Positions 60,954-64,000 of a DNA stretch of 64,000 nucleotides are shown piece after piece. This stretch comes from a virus, in the IMG/VR virus record IMGVR_UViG_3300025083_000016, positions 1 to 64,000 of that record; one strand, given 5' to 3'. The first letter of the stretch is position 1. The number at the start of each line of letters is the position of its first letter. The position numbers were made by a program, and so were the translations under genes. The notes below the pieces were generated by a model, which was not told where the DNA came from, did not search any database, and was given only the letters and a program-made list of their open reading frames with translations.

Positions 60954-61403
60954 ATGGCAAAAGTAACAAAAGAATTATTAAAGGAAATAGTAAAAGAGTG
61001 TCTTGTTGAGATTCTTGCAGAAGGTATAACAGGCGGAAATGTTGAATCGTTAAGTGAAAGCATTGAAACACATATACCTCAAAAAAGACAGAAAAGAAGT
61101 GCACAGTCTCGTTTAATGAAAAACATACTTCCTCCAAAAGAAAAAGTAAGAAATGAAAGTTTTGAAAAGAAGTTAAATGAAACTATTTCTCAAACAACAA
61201 AAGACCCAGTAATGGCTGCAATTTTAGCAGACACAGCGAAAACTACATTACAAGAACAGAATGGTGCAGACTCAGCAAATAGATTTGCTGCGAGACCAAC
61301 TGATGATGCATCACAAATTGTTGCAAATACAGATCCGACAGAATTGTTTGCAGAATCAGCTTCTAATTGGGCACAGTTAGCTTTTTCTGATCGTAATAGG
61401 TAA
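60954..61403 (+). CDS. Putative prohead core/internal protein
   Basis: N-terminal LLKEIVKECLVEIL amphipathic helix; follows the protease gene. Confidence 0.55.
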   Translation: MAKVTKELLKEIVKECLVEILAEGITGGNVESLSESIETHIPQKRQKRSAQSRLMKNILPPKEKVRNESFEKKLNETISQTTKDPVMAAILADTAKTTLQEQNGADSANRFAARPTDDASQIVANTDPTELFAESASNWAQLAFSDRNR

Positions 61404-61441
61404 TTTATCATAGACACGATAAAAATTTAACTGACAGTCAT

Positions 61442-61449
61442 ATAATTAT
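61442..61449 (+). promoter_or_regulatory. Putative late promoter ATAATTAT
   Basis: ATAWTTA in the 85-nt gap. Confidence 0.35.
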
Positions 61450-61488
61450 TATTAGACACAAACTAATTAAGTATATGGAGTCAACAAC

Positions 61489-61767
61489 ATGTCTAGTAAA
61501 AAACTTACCCCTAGCGTTTTAAGAAAAATTATTGCTGAAGAGCGTGCACGTTTAAATGAGACTTTAGAAATGGGACTAAAACATCCTTCAGAGGCACCTA
61601 AAAGAACACGTGAAGTTGATGCTGATAAATATGCTAGCTCTTTAGAGCAGTGCTGCAACTGGTATCAAATGTGTAAACTAAAAGAATCAAAACTTGAAAG
61701 AGAACTACAACTTGTTAAAGAAGCAAAGAAAAGACTTAAAACAAGAATTCTCAAAAGTGTGAAATAA
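61489..61767 (+). CDS. Putative prohead core/internal protein
   Basis: GGAG RBS; KLTPSVLRKIIAEE N-terminus, coiled-coil C-terminus. Confidence 0.6.
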   Translation: MSSKKLTPSVLRKIIAEERARLNETLEMGLKHPSEAPKRTREVDADKYASSLEQCCNWYQMCKLKESKLERELQLVKEAKKRLKTRILKSVK

Positions 61768-61769
61768 GC

Positions 61770-61777
61770 ATATTTAT
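61770..61777 (+). promoter_or_regulatory. Putative late promoter ATATTTAT
   Basis: ATAWTTA in the 38-nt gap, followed by an AAGGAG RBS. Confidence 0.4.
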
Positions 61778-61805
61778 TATTATACTACAATAAAAGGAGC
61801 AAAAA

Positions 61806-62495
61806 ATGGCTAAAGGCGCAAATGGTACAATTGATTTAGCAAGCTTTACACAGTTGCAAAGGCAAAGAGAAGCTTTTGGTAATAGAAATCCAGCTGGAAA
61901 ATCTTACGGGGTTGCAAGTAATAGACTTACTGAGGTCGACGGTGCATTGTTTCCTAAAAGTCCTTTACTTGCAACCAATAGAAGTGGTCGACTTTCTGGC
62001 GATCGAGCAGGCATTTTTCCTGACAACGGAGACATATACAAAGCTTTTGCAAATGTTGTAGATAATAGTGAATCAATCAACGGTTTTGGATTTGATGATG
62101 CAGATCAAGTTAATCTAAACTATCAACATGCAGACAACCCTTTAAGTTCTGATGTTAATTCTTTAACAACAGGAAAACCAGCAGAAGAAATAGATAATTT
62201 TGGATCTAAAAAAAGATATGTAGGTTTTCCTGACTTAAAACCAGTAAGTGATTTATCTGTTCCTCAAGAAACTGCAAACACTGAAGCAACTCCAGGTCTA
62301 AAAAAGGTTCCTAACGAAAATTATGGTAGTAGTGTAGTTCAAGATAGAGATGCACTTAACCAGATTTATTCAGTTGTAGGATCTGGTAACAATGAAATGC
62401 AAGACCAAAGAGGTACTTACGAGTCTGATAGATTCTCATCTGATAATGGTGATAAAATTGGAAAATATTTTAAAAATGTAATGGCTGGAGAATAA
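61806..62495 (+). CDS. Hypothetical, likely disordered head-region protein
   Basis: AAGGAG RBS; Gly/Asn/Asp/Pro-rich. Confidence 0.65.
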   Translation: MAKGANGTIDLASFTQLQRQREAFGNRNPAGKSYGVASNRLTEVDGALFPKSPLLATNRSGRLSGDRAGIFPDNGDIYKAFANVVDNSESINGFGFDDADQVNLNYQHADNPLSSDVNSLTTGKPAEEIDNFGSKKRYVGFPDLKPVSDLSVPQETANTEATPGLKKVPNENYGSSVVQDRDALNQIYSVVGSGNNEMQDQRGTYESDRFSSDNGDKIGKYFKNVMAGE

Positions 62496-62498
62496 ATT

Positions 62499-63251
62499 AT
62501 GACAAAGTCAACTTTAAATAAAGAAATTAGTGATTTACCAAACAGACATGGTTATATTACAAAAAATTTAGAAGTTCATTCGTCTGATGAAAATCCTAGA
62601 AATTATTCTGAAGGTAAAGGTGAAGGAAATCATAACACTTTACAAAGTATATTTTCAAGTCATCCAGACTCTGTAGTTAATGTTTTACCTGACTCGACTG
62701 CAGCTAAAGATGCATCAGACTTTAAAATTGCAGCTTCAGTTTTTAAAGGAAGATCTGCTTTACAAGGTCTAGATATTTCTGGAGAGCATGAATTAGCTTT
62801 GAGACAAGTTGCAACAAGCTTAAGAAACTCTAGTTTGCAAATTAATAGAGAAAATGTAAGTAGTGCAATAAATGATTTTTTCGGCCAGCAAGAATCTGTT
62901 ATAGTTAGTCAAAGTGAAGCATATGATCGGATTTTAGAAATTATAAGTGAACAAAATCAAGCTGAGTCTATAGCATACAATCCAGACTTTCCTTTAAACG
63001 ATGTAAACTTTATGTATACACAAAGTGGTGTATCTAGAGCTAACGATTTAGGTGATTTTGAAGAATCTCATTCGCCAAACGTAGCTTTTGGAAATCAGTC
63101 CAATTTTGATCCAACTCATGTATCTTCAAATCCTTTACAAGGTACTAAAGGATCAAGTGACGGTGGTTTTGGTGTTTCACCATTATCAGCATTTACTTCT
63201 AGAAATGTCTTAAAAGACGTTGTTAATAAATACAGAAACTCTGAAGATTAA
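62499..63251 (+). CDS. Hypothetical head-region protein
   Basis: GGAG RBS; 250 aa. Confidence 0.65.
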   Translation: MTKSTLNKEISDLPNRHGYITKNLEVHSSDENPRNYSEGKGEGNHNTLQSIFSSHPDSVVNVLPDSTAAKDASDFKIAASVFKGRSALQGLDISGEHELALRQVATSLRNSSLQINRENVSSAINDFFGQQESVIVSQSEAYDRILEIISEQNQAESIAYNPDFPLNDVNFMYTQSGVSRANDLGDFEESHSPNVAFGNQSNFDPTHVSSNPLQGTKGSSDGGFGVSPLSAFTSRNVLKDVVNKYRNSED

Positions 63252-64000
63252 TGACTGGTTTTTATCAAGGAACACTAAGCGGCCCAGGATCTGGTTTTGC
63301 AACAGGCGACACTCGAAGAGGTCTCGGTTATGCCAAAACTACAGGTGACAGTAAATCTGGGCTAGGTGGTAACTGGGACATGGGTGATGCTTTAAGTTCT
63401 CCTATTGGACCTTACGACGATGTAGAAAATAGAATGTTTCCCGAACAAGGTGAAGACGAAGATTTGTCATATGACGAAATATTGTTTTACGCAAAGCAAT
63501 CAAATGCTGTAGGCGGGAAAAATAACTTTGACATAGACTCATATTCACATTATTCCAAACATGATATCGGAAGTTTTGTGCCTCACGCAAATACAGCAGC
63601 TGCAGTTCTTGCACAAGGATATGATAGAGGCAATGAAAAAATATTAAGAGAATTTATTAGAGAATCGCTAAGCGAAGTAACGTCAATGAGTGTTAGAGTA
63701 ATGGTTAGAGGAAGTTTAGGAGACACTTATAAAAGTAGTAAAGCTAATGTATCGAATGTAAATCAGATGTCGCCTGGTGACCCTTCTATAAAACAAAAAG
63801 GATATGGGCAAAGTGTTGGGACGCAAGACATGTATCCTTATGTTAAAGCAGGAAAGCCTACAACAGATGGTGCAGAGACTATGAGAAGAGTAAGTGCTCA
63901 TATTGAAAACGACGACGAATTTGATTGGAACAATCCTAATTACTCATCTTCAGATCATCTTATAGACACTACTGAAAAAGACTATTTAGACTGGGAAAAC
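63251..64000 (+). CDS. Hypothetical head-region protein, 3'-truncated (absent from the ORF track)
   Basis: TAATG overlap; manual translation MTGFYQGTLSGPGSG...DYLDWEN is open for 250 codons to the window end; contains ILREFIRESL. Confidence 0.8.
   Translation, partial: MTGFYQGTLSGPGSGFATGDTRRGLGYAKTTGDSKSGLGGNWDMGDALSSPIGPYDDVENRMFPEQGEDEDLSYDEILFYAKQSNAVGGKNNFDIDSYSHYSKHDIGSFVPHANTAAAVLAQGYDRGNEKILREFIRESLSEVTSMSVRVMVRGSLGDTYKSSKANVSNVNQMSPGDPSIKQKGYGQSVGTQDMYPYVKAGKPTTDGAETMRRVSAHIENDDEFDWNNPNYSSSDHLIDTTEKDYLDWEN

Noticed and set aside
3637-63901. Short antisense or alternate-frame ORFs in the track (e.g. 3637-3945, 8409-8696, 58110-58607, 63402-63614, 63716-63901)
   Set aside because: They overlap well-supported genes and look like shadow translations with no supporting motifs.
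1-64000. Stop-codon recoding, as in some large phages
   Set aside because: TAA, TAG and TGA all end genes at clean boundaries, and conserved genes are full length under the standard code.
1-64000. Giant eukaryotic virus, or cellular contractile injection system
   Set aside because: Terminase, portal, prohead protease, Shine-Dalgarno sites and coupled operons indicate a tailed prokaryotic virus.

Overview
AT-rich 64 kb segment of a large tailed bacteriophage with a T4-like gene set (contractile-tail baseplate, gp17-type terminase, gp20-type portal, gp21-type prohead protease, gp55-like late sigma factor). It uses the standard genetic code, is densely packed and lies almost entirely on the + strand. 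Left to right: (1) a fibre/adhesin cluster at 1-10.3 kb, including a three-gene minus-strand island; (2) a Cas4/RecB-like nuclease, two GT-B glycosyltransferases and the late sigma factor; (3) about 35 kb of baseplate and virion genes, with a spike, gp25, gp6 and gp7-like wedge proteins and several giant proteins up to 2494 aa; (4) RuvC, a primase and a fused SbcD-SbcC (Mre11-Rad50); (5) terminase, portal, protease and small putative head-core genes running off the right edge. No major capsid, sheath, tube, tRNA, CRISPR array or reverse transcriptase was recognised. Best leads: a modular fibre plus 'MT[FY]' paralog adhesin cassette, an apparently split DUF3751 fibre-attachment domain spread over four genes, a shared amphipathic capsid-targeting-like motif, an ATAWTTA late-promoter candidate, and an Mre11-Rad50 fusion with an atypical zinc hook. 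All family calls come from reading motifs by eye; no database search was run.
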